A DNA stretch of 64,000 nucleotides from Poseidonia sp. Its GTDB lineage: Archaea > Thermoplasmatota > Poseidoniia > Poseidoniales > Poseidoniaceae. Made by a program: the position numbers and the translations under genes. The notes under the pieces are model-generated. The model was not told where the DNA came from and did not search any database. It saw nothing but the letters and a program-made list of their open reading frames with translations. Below, piece after piece: positions 35,899 to 45,505 of the stretch. The stretch is from assembly GCA_049600935.1 (NCBI GenBank), contig JBMYQB010000002.1, positions 14,302 to 78,301 of the forward strand, written 5' to 3'. The stretch's first letter is position 1; the number at the start of each line of letters is the position of its first letter.

Positions 35899-37281
35899 AT
35901 GGGGCGACTTGGCCTCCTTGCCTGCATGGTGGACCTGCCAGAACCCGGGCTTCGTGTCAAGGCAAGGGTCTCCACCCACAACGACATCGCAGAACATGTT
36001 GGGTTGGTGTTGCCGCCCGCTGCGCCAAAACATCTCTCCATTAAACTGGACAACGGATACAATGTCTCCTACCCAGCATCCGACCTCCTCGAATGGGAAG
36101 AATTGGAAATGGCTGCACCTGCATCCAGCGATGAACTCCAACTGCCAGAAGAAAACAACGACCTCCCACGGGTTCGCCTGATTCACACCGGAGGAACCAT
36201 CGCCTCCAAGGTCGATTACGCCACGGGGGCCGTAACCGCCAAATTTGAGCCCGAGGAAATGCTTGACGCCATCCCTGAACTGGCGCAGGTCGCTCGTTTG
36301 GACGCGGTCAAGATTGGAAACATGTTCAGCGACGACATCCGTCCCCAACATTGGAACATCATGGCCGAAGCGTGTGCCAAAGCGTTCGCAGACGGTTGTC
36401 GCGGCGTGGTCATCGCCCACGGAACGGACACCCTCCACATTACGTCCTCCGCCCTCAATTTTGCGTTTGCCGGCAAGGGGACCCGCCCTGCAGGACCCAT
36501 CGTGATGGTCGGCTCTCAGCGGTCAAGCGACCGAGGCTCATCCGACGCCACGGAAAATCTGCTCGCTGCGGTGCACTGGGCGGCCAATGGACCACTCCCC
36601 ATCGGCGACGCTGGCGACGCTGTTTCTGTCGTGATGCACGATACGCAGAGCGACGGCGTAATGGCCGTGCACTCTGGATTGGCGGTTCGCAAATTGCACT
36701 CGACCCGCAGGGATGCCTTCCAGTCGGTCAACGGCCAGCCACTGGCCAAGTTGACGGTCGTATCAGAAGGATTTGAGTTGGCCTTGTTGCCGTGGTACGA
36801 AGCCGCCCGAGAGGAAGTTGATGAACGACCTTTGGCCCAAGAGCCCACCACCTACGAACCCGGTCAACGAATCGCCCAGTTTGTTGCTGGGCCGTGGCTG
36901 CACGCTGAGCAGATTGAAGCCGTGGTCAACACGGGTGTCCAAGGCGTCATCATCCACGGCACTGGCCTGGGGCATTTGCCCATCGACGATACGCAAAAGG
37001 ATGCACCGGAAAACACCCAGTTGTGGCGAGCACTGACACGGTGCGTGAACAGGGAACTCCCCGTGGTGATCGTGAATCAGTGCATCCATGGCCCAGTGGA
37101 CATGAACGTCTACTCCAAAGGACGGAAACAACAGGACATGGGGCTGTTGGGCCACGGCATCAGTTCCACGCCCGAGGCCATGACGGCCAAGTTACACTGG
37201 GTGCTCTCCCAGAACATGGACCTCCAAAAGGCGCTGTCATCCAATCTCTGCGGTGAACACCGAGAAACCTTGTGGGAATGA
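35899..37281 (+). CDS. gatD: Glutamyl-tRNA(Gln) amidotransferase subunit D
   Basis: GatD-specific N-terminal domain (SIKLDNGYNVSY) followed by an asparaginase-like domain (IHTGGTIASKVDY, AHGTDTL, HGTGLGH). No gatE is adjacent. Confidence 0.85.
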   Translation: MGRLGLLACMVDLPEPGLRVKARVSTHNDIAEHVGLVLPPAAPKHLSIKLDNGYNVSYPASDLLEWEELEMAAPASSDELQLPEENNDLPRVRLIHTGGTIASKVDYATGAVTAKFEPEEMLDAIPELAQVARLDAVKIGNMFSDDIRPQHWNIMAEACAKAFADGCRGVVIAHGTDTLHITSSALNFAFAGKGTRPAGPIVMVGSQRSSDRGSSDATENLLAAVHWAANGPLPIGDAGDAVSVVMHDTQSDGVMAVHSGLAVRKLHSTRRDAFQSVNGQPLAKLTVVSEGFELALLPWYEAAREEVDERPLAQEPTTYEPGQRIAQFVAGPWLHAEQIEAVVNTGVQGVIIHGTGLGHLPIDDTQKDAPENTQLWRALTRCVNRELPVVIVNQCIHGPVDMNVYSKGRKQQDMGLLGHGISSTPEAMTAKLHWVLSQNMDLQKALSSNLCGEHRETLWE

Positions 37282-37318
37282 GCGTTTGAATGAAAAACCG
37301 TGTAGGAGTGGAAGAATC

Positions 37319-38881
37319 GTGGAAGGTCAAGCCAACGACGCTTTGGAAGAACTTCGTGCCAAGCGAGAGAACGCCCGCTTGGGAGGGGGTTTGAAACGTC
37401 AAGAAGCCATTCGTTCCAGCGGGCGAGGCACAGCCAGGGACCGCATTGGTTTGCTTCTTGACGAAGGCTCCTTTTTGGAAATTGACACCTTCGTCACCCA
37501 CCGCACCGACGACCACAACATGTTCCTGCATCAAACGCTTGGCGACGGCGTCGTTGCAGGGCAAGGCACCATTGAGGGGCGACGAGTCTACTGCTTTGCT
37601 CAAGATTTCAGCGTTCATGGTGGAAGCATGGGCGAAATGCACGCCCTGAAAATCGCCAAGATCGTCGAAATGGCCGAACGCGCCAAGGCCCCGCTCATCG
37701 CTATGTGGGACGGTGGAGGACAGCGTGCTCAAGACGGCGTTAATGCCCTGGCAGGTACAGGTGAGATGCTCGACCGATTGGTTCAGTGCAGCGGTCGAAT
37801 CCCGATGATCAGCGTTGTTCTGGGCCCCGTTGTTGGTGTATCCGCCTTGGCCGCCTCGCTCTCTGATTTCACCATCCTCGGCGAGGAACACGGGCAACTC
37901 TTCCTCTCCTCGCCGCTTGAAACACCCGAAGTGCTGAGCGGTGAAGTGGATGCAGCCGGCCTCGGCGGAGCCAATCTGCACGCATCCCGCTCAGGAATTG
38001 CGTCGCTCATCGCCGATGACGAAGAAGACGCTTGCGAGCTTGCCGCAACGCTGCTGTCCTACATGCCAGACCACAACATGGCCGACCCCCCAACCGTGGA
38101 CACCGGCGACCCCATCACCCGACTCAACGACACGCTTCAGGACATGGTCCCCGACAACCCGAACAAACCCTACGACATGGTGAAGGTCGTGGAGGAAGTC
38201 GTGGATGATGGCGTCTTCATGGAACTCTTTCCATCCTATGCTGACAACATCATCATCGGTTTTGCACGCATGAACGGGTCCACCGTGGGCGTGGTCGGAA
38301 ACCAACCCAAGGTGCTCGCTGGTTGTCTTGACATCGATGCGTCCATCAAGGCGGCACGCTTTATTCGAACATGCGATGCCTTCAACATTCCACTCTTGAC
38401 CTTTGAAGACGTCCCCGGATTCCTTCCCGGCGTGGTTCAAGAATGGGGCGGCATCATTCGACACGGTGCTAAACTCCTCTTTGCGTACGCCGAAGCCACC
38501 GTTCCCAAACTCACCCTCGTCACCCGAAAGGCCTACGGCGGCGCTTACCTGGCCATGTCCTGCAAGCACCTCCAGAGCGATTACAATGTGGCATGGCCCA
38601 CGGCTGAACTTGCCGTCATGGGTGCGGAAGGAGCCGTCAACATCATCCATCGCAGAGAAATTGGTGCTGTTCCTGACGAGGAAAAAGAAGGCGTTCGACA
38701 GCGCCTCGTCGATGAATACAAGGCCAAATTTGGCGACCCTTACGTGGCAGCCCGCAACGGATGGCTTGACGATGTCATCGAACCGCAGGAGAGTCGCCTT
38801 CGTCTTTGTCGGGCGCTCAACATTCTCAAGTCAAAGCGCGAATGGTCTCCTCCCAAAAAGCACGGAAACATCCCGCTGTAA
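37319..38881 (+). CDS. Acyl-CoA carboxylase carboxyltransferase (beta) subunit, propionyl-CoA carboxylase / methylmalonyl-CoA decarboxylase type
   Basis: LEELRAKRENARLGGG, ARDRIGLLLDEGSF, VHGGSMGEMHALKI, GVVGNQPKVLAGCLD, RKAYGGAYLAM. The track start at 37253 is GTG and overlaps gatD. I prefer the GTG at 37319, which has AGGAG about 12 nt upstream; a TTG at 37286 is also possible. Confidence 0.85.
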   Translation: MEGQANDALEELRAKRENARLGGGLKRQEAIRSSGRGTARDRIGLLLDEGSFLEIDTFVTHRTDDHNMFLHQTLGDGVVAGQGTIEGRRVYCFAQDFSVHGGSMGEMHALKIAKIVEMAERAKAPLIAMWDGGGQRAQDGVNALAGTGEMLDRLVQCSGRIPMISVVLGPVVGVSALAASLSDFTILGEEHGQLFLSSPLETPEVLSGEVDAAGLGGANLHASRSGIASLIADDEEDACELAATLLSYMPDHNMADPPTVDTGDPITRLNDTLQDMVPDNPNKPYDMVKVVEEVVDDGVFMELFPSYADNIIIGFARMNGSTVGVVGNQPKVLAGCLDIDASIKAARFIRTCDAFNIPLLTFEDVPGFLPGVVQEWGGIIRHGAKLLFAYAEATVPKLTLVTRKAYGGAYLAMSCKHLQSDYNVAWPTAELAVMGAEGAVNIIHRREIGAVPDEEKEGVRQRLVDEYKAKFGDPYVAARNGWLDDVIEPQESRLRLCRALNILKSKREWSPPKKHGNIPL

Positions 38882-41632
38882 TCACTTCAACCGCTCGGCC
38901 CGAGCCAGCAAACCCGTACCCCCCGTATGCTCAGGTGGCTCGGGCTCGTTGGTGGCAGGGAGCGCTGAAACCCCGCTGCCATCTCGACCTCGAAGCATCA
39001 GCACGCCGCCGGCTCCCAAGAGGAGAAGACCAACGACCGCACCGACCAAAAAGACCGGGCTGAGGCCCTCGCCATCGCCTTGAACCTCCTCTTCCGAACC
39101 ATCGTTGATGGACGAATTTGCAGCGGGGTCAAACACCTTCGTGGCAATGACAGAACGGTCCAGTTCTGCATCGTAGATCTCAAGTTGAATGTAGAATGAG
39201 GTGGAGGATGTTTCGCTCACGGGCAGCATGGTCACGCACTGGTACATGCCGCTGGAACTGCTCAGACAGGAATGGTTTACGACGACGGGGACGTTGTCAA
39301 CCGATACGTTCGCTTCGGTGTTGACCGCACCATCAACATCGACAACCGACCAATACATGTTGGCCGTGCTGCCTCCAAGAGATTGCACAGATTCGATGGA
39401 GACAAAGGGCAGGTCGCCCACCGGTTCAACCGTCAGCGTGAACGAATGATGGTGCGTTGTGGTCCCGTCGGACACGTTCAGCCATCCTCCTTCGACGGTT
39501 CCAAAGAAATCCTTTGTGGGCGTCAGTTGCATACTGTTGTTGATTTGGCTCACCTCGACATCGCCACCAAGACCCTCAAGCGTCCACGAAAGCGCATCAC
39601 CGTCAACATCGTAGGCCAGCGGAGCCAAATCCAGTGTGAGGGTCGTGTCCTCGTCCATGGAGAGGTTCTGCCACGCAGAGGCGTTGATGATGACGGGGTC
39701 GTCAATCGCATTCACCACGATGGGGATTTCGAGCATCAAGGAGGGATTGACACCGTCGGATACCAACACTTGGAGCACGGTGGCGCCGTGTTGATTGGGG
39801 AGGGGTGTGAACGTGATGTACTCTCCCTGAATGCTGTAGCGTATCGGGGATTGTTCACCGGATTTTTGCCCACCAACCCTTGCGTCCAATTCCTCGCCTT
39901 CAGGATCAGACACCACGTCGAGGATGTTGTAGACAACGCTCGCTGCATCCTCGTCCATTTCCTGAATGGGAACCGTACCCTGTTTGACGGGCGGGTCGTC
40001 GACGGGCGTGAGCACAATCCGAAGTTGGGTTGACAATTCATCCACCGTTTGCCCGTCGCTTCGAAGCACCAGGTCCACCTGACACTCACCCAACCACTCT
40101 TCATCGATGGCGTGGACCACCTCCATGGCTGCGTTCTCTTCAGAGAGTTCAACGCCAAAGTGTTCGGAATCGACACATGAAAGCGTCGCATTGACGATAC
40201 GAACGTCTTGACCGTCGGGGTCCACGGCAATCTCGGAAGCGTTGATGCTGATTGAACCGTGCTGAGGCACGTAGAGAACCGGTTTTGGAGAGACGGGTTC
40301 TATCGGCGTATTTTCTCTAAAGACGGTTGTGGTCACCACGCTGGGTGCGCCCTCCACCTCAACCCTGAGCCATGCTTTCTGAAGACCAGGGGCCACAGGT
40401 GACATCGGGTAGTCGCAAATGGCCGAGCCGTTGGTGGATAAGGAGGGATGAACCTCCCAAGGTCCGTTGTACCACCCGCAAGTGACGTTGACGTCCCAAC
40501 CGGCGGGAAGCCCGCTGAACGGTGTTCCATCGCGCAAGGTCCAATTGAGTTCAATCCGAAGCGTATCGGTAGCGTTGACGCTTTCCGACGCGTTATGACT
40601 GATCGATTCAGACGTCCACCTGAGAAACGACGAACGGCTCAAATCCTCCGAGACGTATGCATCCGGATCGCTCACGGTTCGGGGACCTTCGGCCCGATTG
40701 AACGCCTCGCGGAAACGCTCGTGGTCGCCGTGGAGAATCGTATCGAGATAGGCGATAATGTGCTGTGAGGACAGGTCAATTTGAGCCGATTGACTCATCG
40801 TGGCGTCGCCATCGCTTTCGAAAAAGGATTGACTGTCCTGAAACTGATAGTGATTGGCACCGAGCAGGTGCATCCACTGCCAAGCAATGCCGGCATGCGC
40901 CTCAACACGTTCCATCGTCGCCTGTGAAGGTGCAACTTCGTCAACGGTTCCCGTGATGAACAACGCGGTGTTCGGTCGAGGGAACATCGGGGATGCAACC
41001 TCGTCCCACTCGAAGTCTTCGTCAAGGTCTTCAAGATCCAGCCCCAGACCAAACAACCCTCTCGGGGGATGGGTTGTCGACGAACGCTCGCTCAAGTTCC
41101 AAAACGGATAAGCAAGATAGGCGGCAGCGGCACCTTTGCCATGTCCCGAAACGCCCCAATGCTTCACGTCGATGTTGCTGGCCGAGCCCATCACGTGCAG
41201 ATTGGTCTGATTCTGCTGCGTCATCACGTCCCCAATATCGGCGAGGAGTCCGAGGGTATTCTCAACGTCCGTTTCATCCGAAACGGGTTGCGTCACCACA
41301 ACAATGTAGCCCCGCTTCGCAAGTTCATCCGTGAAGAGGGTGTAACTGTCAATGGATTCACCCGAATCACCAATGAACACGAGCCAGGAAAACGGACCGT
41401 TGCCCGCCATGTCCTTGTCCTCGCCTGCAAACATGGCCGGGTAGACCATACGAACCTGAGGTGAGAACGTACCGTCAAGACGGAAATCCGTCCAACCCAC
41501 CGGGAAATCAACACCGTCATGACGTTCCTCAAAGTCGGTCCCTTCCTCGAGCAGCGCCAGAACTGAAGGCGAGGCGAACGAGAGAACGACCACGCAAACG
41601 AAGAGAGAACGAAGACGACTCAAGTTCACCAT
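38882..41632 (-). CDS. Surface protein: signal peptide, alpha/beta-hydrolase-fold domain (chlorophyllase/PET-hydrolase-like) with Gly at the nucleophile position, cadherin-like/VCBS-type repeats, C-terminal TM
   Basis: MVNLSRLRSLFVCVVVLSFASPSVLA. VYPAMFAGED...GPFSWLVFIGDSGE...LAKRGYIVVV. GVSGHGKGAAAAY sits where GHSxGG is expected; FITGTVDEVAP and LGANHYQFQD follow. Repeat openers TPVDDPPV, NAIDDPVIINA, VEPVGDLPFVS. TM helix VFLVGAVVGLLLLGAGGVLML. Confidence 0.8.
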   Translation of the reverse strand: MVNLSRLRSLFVCVVVLSFASPSVLALLEEGTDFEERHDGVDFPVGWTDFRLDGTFSPQVRMVYPAMFAGEDKDMAGNGPFSWLVFIGDSGESIDSYTLFTDELAKRGYIVVVTQPVSDETDVENTLGLLADIGDVMTQQNQTNLHVMGSASNIDVKHWGVSGHGKGAAAAYLAYPFWNLSERSSTTHPPRGLFGLGLDLEDLDEDFEWDEVASPMFPRPNTALFITGTVDEVAPSQATMERVEAHAGIAWQWMHLLGANHYQFQDSQSFFESDGDATMSQSAQIDLSSQHIIAYLDTILHGDHERFREAFNRAEGPRTVSDPDAYVSEDLSRSSFLRWTSESISHNASESVNATDTLRIELNWTLRDGTPFSGLPAGWDVNVTCGWYNGPWEVHPSLSTNGSAICDYPMSPVAPGLQKAWLRVEVEGAPSVVTTTVFRENTPIEPVSPKPVLYVPQHGSISINASEIAVDPDGQDVRIVNATLSCVDSEHFGVELSEENAAMEVVHAIDEEWLGECQVDLVLRSDGQTVDELSTQLRIVLTPVDDPPVKQGTVPIQEMDEDAASVVYNILDVVSDPEGEELDARVGGQKSGEQSPIRYSIQGEYITFTPLPNQHGATVLQVLVSDGVNPSLMLEIPIVVNAIDDPVIINASAWQNLSMDEDTTLTLDLAPLAYDVDGDALSWTLEGLGGDVEVSQINNSMQLTPTKDFFGTVEGGWLNVSDGTTTHHHSFTLTVEPVGDLPFVSIESVQSLGGSTANMYWSVVDVDGAVNTEANVSVDNVPVVVNHSCLSSSSGMYQCVTMLPVSETSSTSFYIQLEIYDAELDRSVIATKVFDPAANSSINDGSEEEVQGDGEGLSPVFLVGAVVGLLLLGAGGVLMLRGRDGSGVSALPATNEPEPPEHTGGTGLLARAERLK

Positions 41633-41673
41633 TCGGTGGGTGGTTAAGCCCGTGAATCATAGAATCTTCCCTT

Positions 41674-42648
41674 CTATGCGTACGAAGCGAGCACGGTCTC
41701 AGCCTCAAGCAGTTGGGTCAAAAGGTGCCCAAGGGTTGGCAGATCATCTGCTCGTTCTGGCGCCCACAACCTCCGCCAGCAGGCAAGATGCTGGGCCACC
41801 AAGAGCCATCGCCCATCCAGCGGCCTGCTCACCATGGCCTTGATTCGCAACTCGGTTGAGCCCTCCATAGGTGCGTAGGTTGACTTGAGCAAAGAAGCAT
41901 GTGCTTCACCTCCGGTACCGTCAAAATCAACGGTGACGGTTGGTTCATCGGTCGTCACGCGCTCTGACCATGGCCCCTCTTCAAGCGGTCGGCGACTTGA
42001 GAGGGGATGCAATCGACCGCCGGCCGCAACCCATGCTGCGGCAGTTGAACGAGCTGCTCCTCCACCACCAATCAAACCCAGAATATGGTGCTCCGGCTCA
42101 AACCCATGGTGCCACAAGACGTCGAGAACGCCCTCTCCATCGAGGCCTGCGCACCACCACCCTCGCCCGTCCCAACGCAGGACGTTGACGCATTTGTTGT
42201 GCATGGAGTCGTCCACAGCCTGAACGGCACCTGAGTCCAATTGATGTTTGAGCGGGGCAGTGAGGTTGATCCAAATCTCCTGATCAAACATCCTTGACGG
42301 AAGTCCCTTCGCCGCAGCATCTGCGTGCTTCCTCGTGGGGTATTCGCTCATCAATTCAGGGTGACATTCATCAATTTGCAAAGCTGCGTCAATTGCTTTT
42401 TTCAACAATGCTTTGGTTCGAAATTTGTTGAACACCGAGTTGGTATACGCCCACGGAATCGGTTCGGGAAGGGCACCAGCATACCCCCACGCAAAGGCAT
42501 CGGGAACGGTTGAAACCTCAACCAGTTCCATGGTCAACTCCTTTTCGCTCACGGGCAGGTTCAGGTGGCGCGCAACGAGCGCCACCAGCAAAGGCGAGAG
42601 GCTGTGGTCCACAGGTTGGCCCGCAATTCCATATCGAATTGCTGCCAT
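41674..42648 (-). CDS. Shikimate dehydrogenase family protein
   Basis: YGIAGQPVDHSLSPLL (substrate-binding opening), NLTAPLK (catalytic Lys context), AGLDGEG, Rossmann GLIGGGGAARS. Longer than typical AroE because of an insertion between the first two motifs. Confidence 0.65.
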   Translation of the reverse strand: MAAIRYGIAGQPVDHSLSPLLVALVARHLNLPVSEKELTMELVEVSTVPDAFAWGYAGALPEPIPWAYTNSVFNKFRTKALLKKAIDAALQIDECHPELMSEYPTRKHADAAAKGLPSRMFDQEIWINLTAPLKHQLDSGAVQAVDDSMHNKCVNVLRWDGRGWWCAGLDGEGVLDVLWHHGFEPEHHILGLIGGGGAARSTAAAWVAAGGRLHPLSSRRPLEEGPWSERVTTDEPTVTVDFDGTGGEAHASLLKSTYAPMEGSTELRIKAMVSRPLDGRWLLVAQHLACWRRLWAPERADDLPTLGHLLTQLLEAETVLASYA

Positions 42649-42728
42649 GAACCCACCAAGGGTTCACAACACAAAAAGGCGACGAATGCCGTGTTAACCT
42701 TCAAGAGGGAGTGCGTGGTGCGGAAACC

Positions 42729-43034
42729 ATGGGAAAAGCCGTCGGACTTTTGACCGCAGGCCTTGGAACGTACATGACCTTGAAAATGTGGTCTGAATTT
42801 AACGAGGCGTTGGGAACGGTGTTCGGTGCATCGTGGGGCGTCATCATCGCAACCATCGCCTACCTGGTGTATTCGGTTGAAAAGAACGACAAAGCCGCTC
42901 GTGAATCCACCATGGCCGAGCACGGTGAAGGTCTCTTGAACAACATCGCCAATGACGACCAACCGCTCGGGTTCATTGTCGGCCTCTACATCTTCATCAT
43001 CTTCGTGTTTGAAGTGATCTTGGGTGCTATCTGA
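42729..43034 (+). CDS. Small hypothetical membrane protein
   Basis: The track start at 42711 is GTG; the ATG is at 42729 (MGKAVGLLTAGLGTYMTL). Hydrophobic helices at the N-terminus, middle and C-terminus. First gene of a same-strand cluster ending in flotillin. Confidence 0.45.
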   Translation: MGKAVGLLTAGLGTYMTLKMWSEFNEALGTVFGASWGVIIATIAYLVYSVEKNDKAARESTMAEHGEGLLNNIANDDQPLGFIVGLYIFIIFVFEVILGAI

Positions 43035-43047
43035 GTGTGTGAAGAGA

Positions 43048-43341
43048 ATGCCCGGCATGCTGGACTTGCTCTTCCTCAAATCTGGAGCCAAAGACGTAGA
43101 AAATGAGGGAGAGCGCGCCTACCTCCTCATGTTTGAGAAAGCCTCGATGCTTCTTGTTTTGTTCTTGATTCTCATGACCACGGTAGCCCTCAACTTCCCA
43201 GGATGGGCGGTGGGCCTCATCGTGGGCGCTTCATTGGGTCCTGTCGTTTACGGACATTACTACATTAACTACATACGACGACCAAGGAAACGGCAGAACA
43301 TTGATTTGCGAGAGGGGAAACACAAGCGTAACGGTGAGTGA
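43048..43341 (+). CDS. Small hypothetical membrane protein (2 TM, basic C-terminus)
   Basis: ATG at 43048 (MPGMLDLLFLK), just after the upstream stop at 43034. Helices MLLVLFLILMTTVAL and WAVGLIVGASLGPVVY, then RRPRKRQ. Confidence 0.45.
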   Translation: MPGMLDLLFLKSGAKDVENEGERAYLLMFEKASMLLVLFLILMTTVALNFPGWAVGLIVGASLGPVVYGHYYINYIRRPRKRQNIDLREGKHKRNGE

Positions 43342-43343
43342 GG

Positions 43344-43973
43344 ATGTCTTTGTTTTACGATTTATTGGATTTGTTGGGCCTTGGAGGCATTGATGGCCTT
43401 GACATCGTCTTTGCTGGCATGGCCATCGTCGGTACACTCTTGTTTGTCATCTACTTTGGTTTGGTTCTCATCGGCGGTGTTGCTGATGGTGCGCTCGATG
43501 CGGTTGGCATTGATGTTGACTTCGGCATGGATTCTGCCGAAGGTTCGTTTCAGATGCTCACGGTACAGGGTATTCTGAGTTTCGTGATGATGTTTGGAAT
43601 TTTCGGCCTCGCTACTGCACAGGCTGAACAGCACAACATCGTCGCCGTGGGCGTGGGCGGCGTAGCTGGCGTGACATCAATGTGGCTCGTTGGAAAAGTC
43701 TTCCAGGTGATGATGTCCCTCGAAAGCGACGGGACCGTCCGCCACAACGAGGCCATCGGTGCAAAAGGCACCGTTTACCGCACAATTCGCGCCGGCAAGT
43801 CAGGTCAAGTTCAGGTTGAATTCCAGGATGCATTGCGAACATGTGAGGCCGTAGCAGAAGACGAAACACTCACCATCGAAACCGGAAAATTCGTGTCGGT
43901 GGTTGGAAATATTGCTGAGATGCTCATCGTGCGACCACTCAGCGTTTCAAGTGGCGTCGCAGAAGAAGAGTGA
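43344..43973 (+). CDS. NfeD-like membrane protein (TM region plus C-terminal OB-fold)
   Basis: Several N-terminal TM helices, then GAKGTVYRTIRAGKSGQVQVEFQDALRTCEAVAEDETLTIETGKFVSVVG, which has the NfeD OB-domain pattern. Sits immediately upstream of an SPFH gene, the classical pairing. Confidence 0.7.
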   Translation: MSLFYDLLDLLGLGGIDGLDIVFAGMAIVGTLLFVIYFGLVLIGGVADGALDAVGIDVDFGMDSAEGSFQMLTVQGILSFVMMFGIFGLATAQAEQHNIVAVGVGGVAGVTSMWLVGKVFQVMMSLESDGTVRHNEAIGAKGTVYRTIRAGKSGQVQVEFQDALRTCEAVAEDETLTIETGKFVSVVGNIAEMLIVRPLSVSSGVAEEE

Positions 43974-44021
43974 CGGGACTGCCGACTCAAATCTCTTAAA
44001 GGGGAAAGCAGTCCTCTTACC

Positions 44022-45413
44022 ATGGCAGATTCAAGTGCTATTGTCGTAATTGGTCTCGGGCTCTTCGTCCTGGTCCTCGTTGGAACCGTGTACCTTGCAA
44101 CCCGCAGATACAAACTTGCACCTTCCAACCAAATTCTGGTTGTTTACGGTAACACGAAAGGCGCAGGCGCCGCACAGTGTTACCACGGTGGCGGAAAAAT
44201 CGTCTGGCCGTTGATTCAAAACTACGGTTTCTTGGACCTCAAGCCCATGACCATCAACATCAATCTTGAGCACGCCCTCTCAATGCAGAACATCCGCATC
44301 AACGTGCCGTCGACCTTTACCATCGGTATTGACACCAAACCTTCCATCATGCAAAACGCAGCCGAGCGATTGCTGGGGTTGCCACCTGCACAGATTGAGG
44401 ACATGGCCAAAGAAATCATCTTTGGTCAGCTCCGTCTGACCGTCGCTTCGCTGACCATTGAGGAAATCAACGGCGACCGTGAAGCGTTCTTGAGCCAAGT
44501 GGTCAACAACGTCGACACCGAACTGCACAAGATCGGTCTCTACCTCATCAACGTCAACATCACGGACATCACCGACGAAGCCGACTACATCAAGTCAATC
44601 GGTGCCAAAGCGGCTGCCGAAGCCATCGCCAAGGCCGACGTCGACCGAGCCAACGCCACCCGCCAAGGTGCCGTGGGACAGGCACAAGCCGACCGTACCC
44701 GAGAAATCGAAGTGGCTCGCAACCAAGCCGAGTCGGACAAAGGTCAGAAAGAGGCCGAAGCCGACCGACGTGTCTACGTTCAACAGCAAGAGTCCAAGGC
44801 GGTCGAAGGTGAGAACCTGTCCCGTGCCGAAATCGCCAGCTACAACGCTGACCTTGCGGAAAAAGAAGCCGAGGCCCTCAAGCGTTCAGAAGTCGCCAAG
44901 CGTAAGGCTCAGGTCGAGATTGAAAAGGCTCAGTACGAGTTTGAAGGTCAGCGCCTGCGTGCCGAGGAAATCGCTCGTGAGGAAGTCTCGAAACAGCAGA
45001 TTGAGATTGCTGCCGAGGCCGAAGCCGAACGCCAACGCCGCATCGCCAAGGGTCAGGCTGACGCCACCCTTGCTGCCTACAACGCCGAAGCAGAAGGTCA
45101 GCGAGCCGTTCTTGAAGCCAAGGCCGAAGGTTATGCTCGACTGGTCGCCAGCGCTGGCGGCGATGCCAAGGCCGCTGCAACCCTCCTGATGGTTGAAAAG
45201 ATCGAGGAACTCGTTGCTCGCCAGACCGAAGCCATTGCCAACCTGAAGATTGACAAGATCACCGTTTGGGACTCGGGCAACAACGGCGGAGACGGTGGAG
45301 CCACCTCCAACTTTGTCTCCTCGCTCATTCAGAGTCTGCCACCCGTTCACGACGTCGCTAAGATGGCTGGCGTTGACCTGCCCGATTACTTGGGCACCAT
45401 GAAGGAAGAGTGA
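44022..45413 (+). CDS. Flotillin-like SPFH/band-7 protein
   Basis: N-terminal TM (IVVIGLGLFVLVLVGTVYL), an SPFH core (ININLEHALSMQNIRINVPSTFTIGI), and a long Ala/Glu-rich coiled coil (AEAEAERQRRIAKGQADATLAAYNAEAEGQRAVLEAKAEG). Confidence 0.85.
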   Translation: MADSSAIVVIGLGLFVLVLVGTVYLATRRYKLAPSNQILVVYGNTKGAGAAQCYHGGGKIVWPLIQNYGFLDLKPMTININLEHALSMQNIRINVPSTFTIGIDTKPSIMQNAAERLLGLPPAQIEDMAKEIIFGQLRLTVASLTIEEINGDREAFLSQVVNNVDTELHKIGLYLINVNITDITDEADYIKSIGAKAAAEAIAKADVDRANATRQGAVGQAQADRTREIEVARNQAESDKGQKEAEADRRVYVQQQESKAVEGENLSRAEIASYNADLAEKEAEALKRSEVAKRKAQVEIEKAQYEFEGQRLRAEEIAREEVSKQQIEIAAEAEAERQRRIAKGQADATLAAYNAEAEGQRAVLEAKAEGYARLVASAGGDAKAAATLLMVEKIEELVARQTEAIANLKIDKITVWDSGNNGGDGGATSNFVSSLIQSLPPVHDVAKMAGVDLPDYLGTMKEE

Positions 45414-45433
45414 GCCTCCCGTTGGTCGTTTGA

Positions 45434-45453
45434 GGTCGGCAAACCGGCCTTTT
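45434..45453 (+). terminator. Hairpin GGTCGG-CAAA-CCGGCC followed by TTTT, 21 nt after the flotillin stop
   Basis: Read directly from the sequence: a 6-bp stem (one G-U pair), a 4-nt loop and a T4 tract. Confidence 0.35.
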
Positions 45454-45505
45454 GACCAACAGCCTAAGCGAGGGTTTCAAAGACCCATTGAACCGGAACG
45501 GTCTC

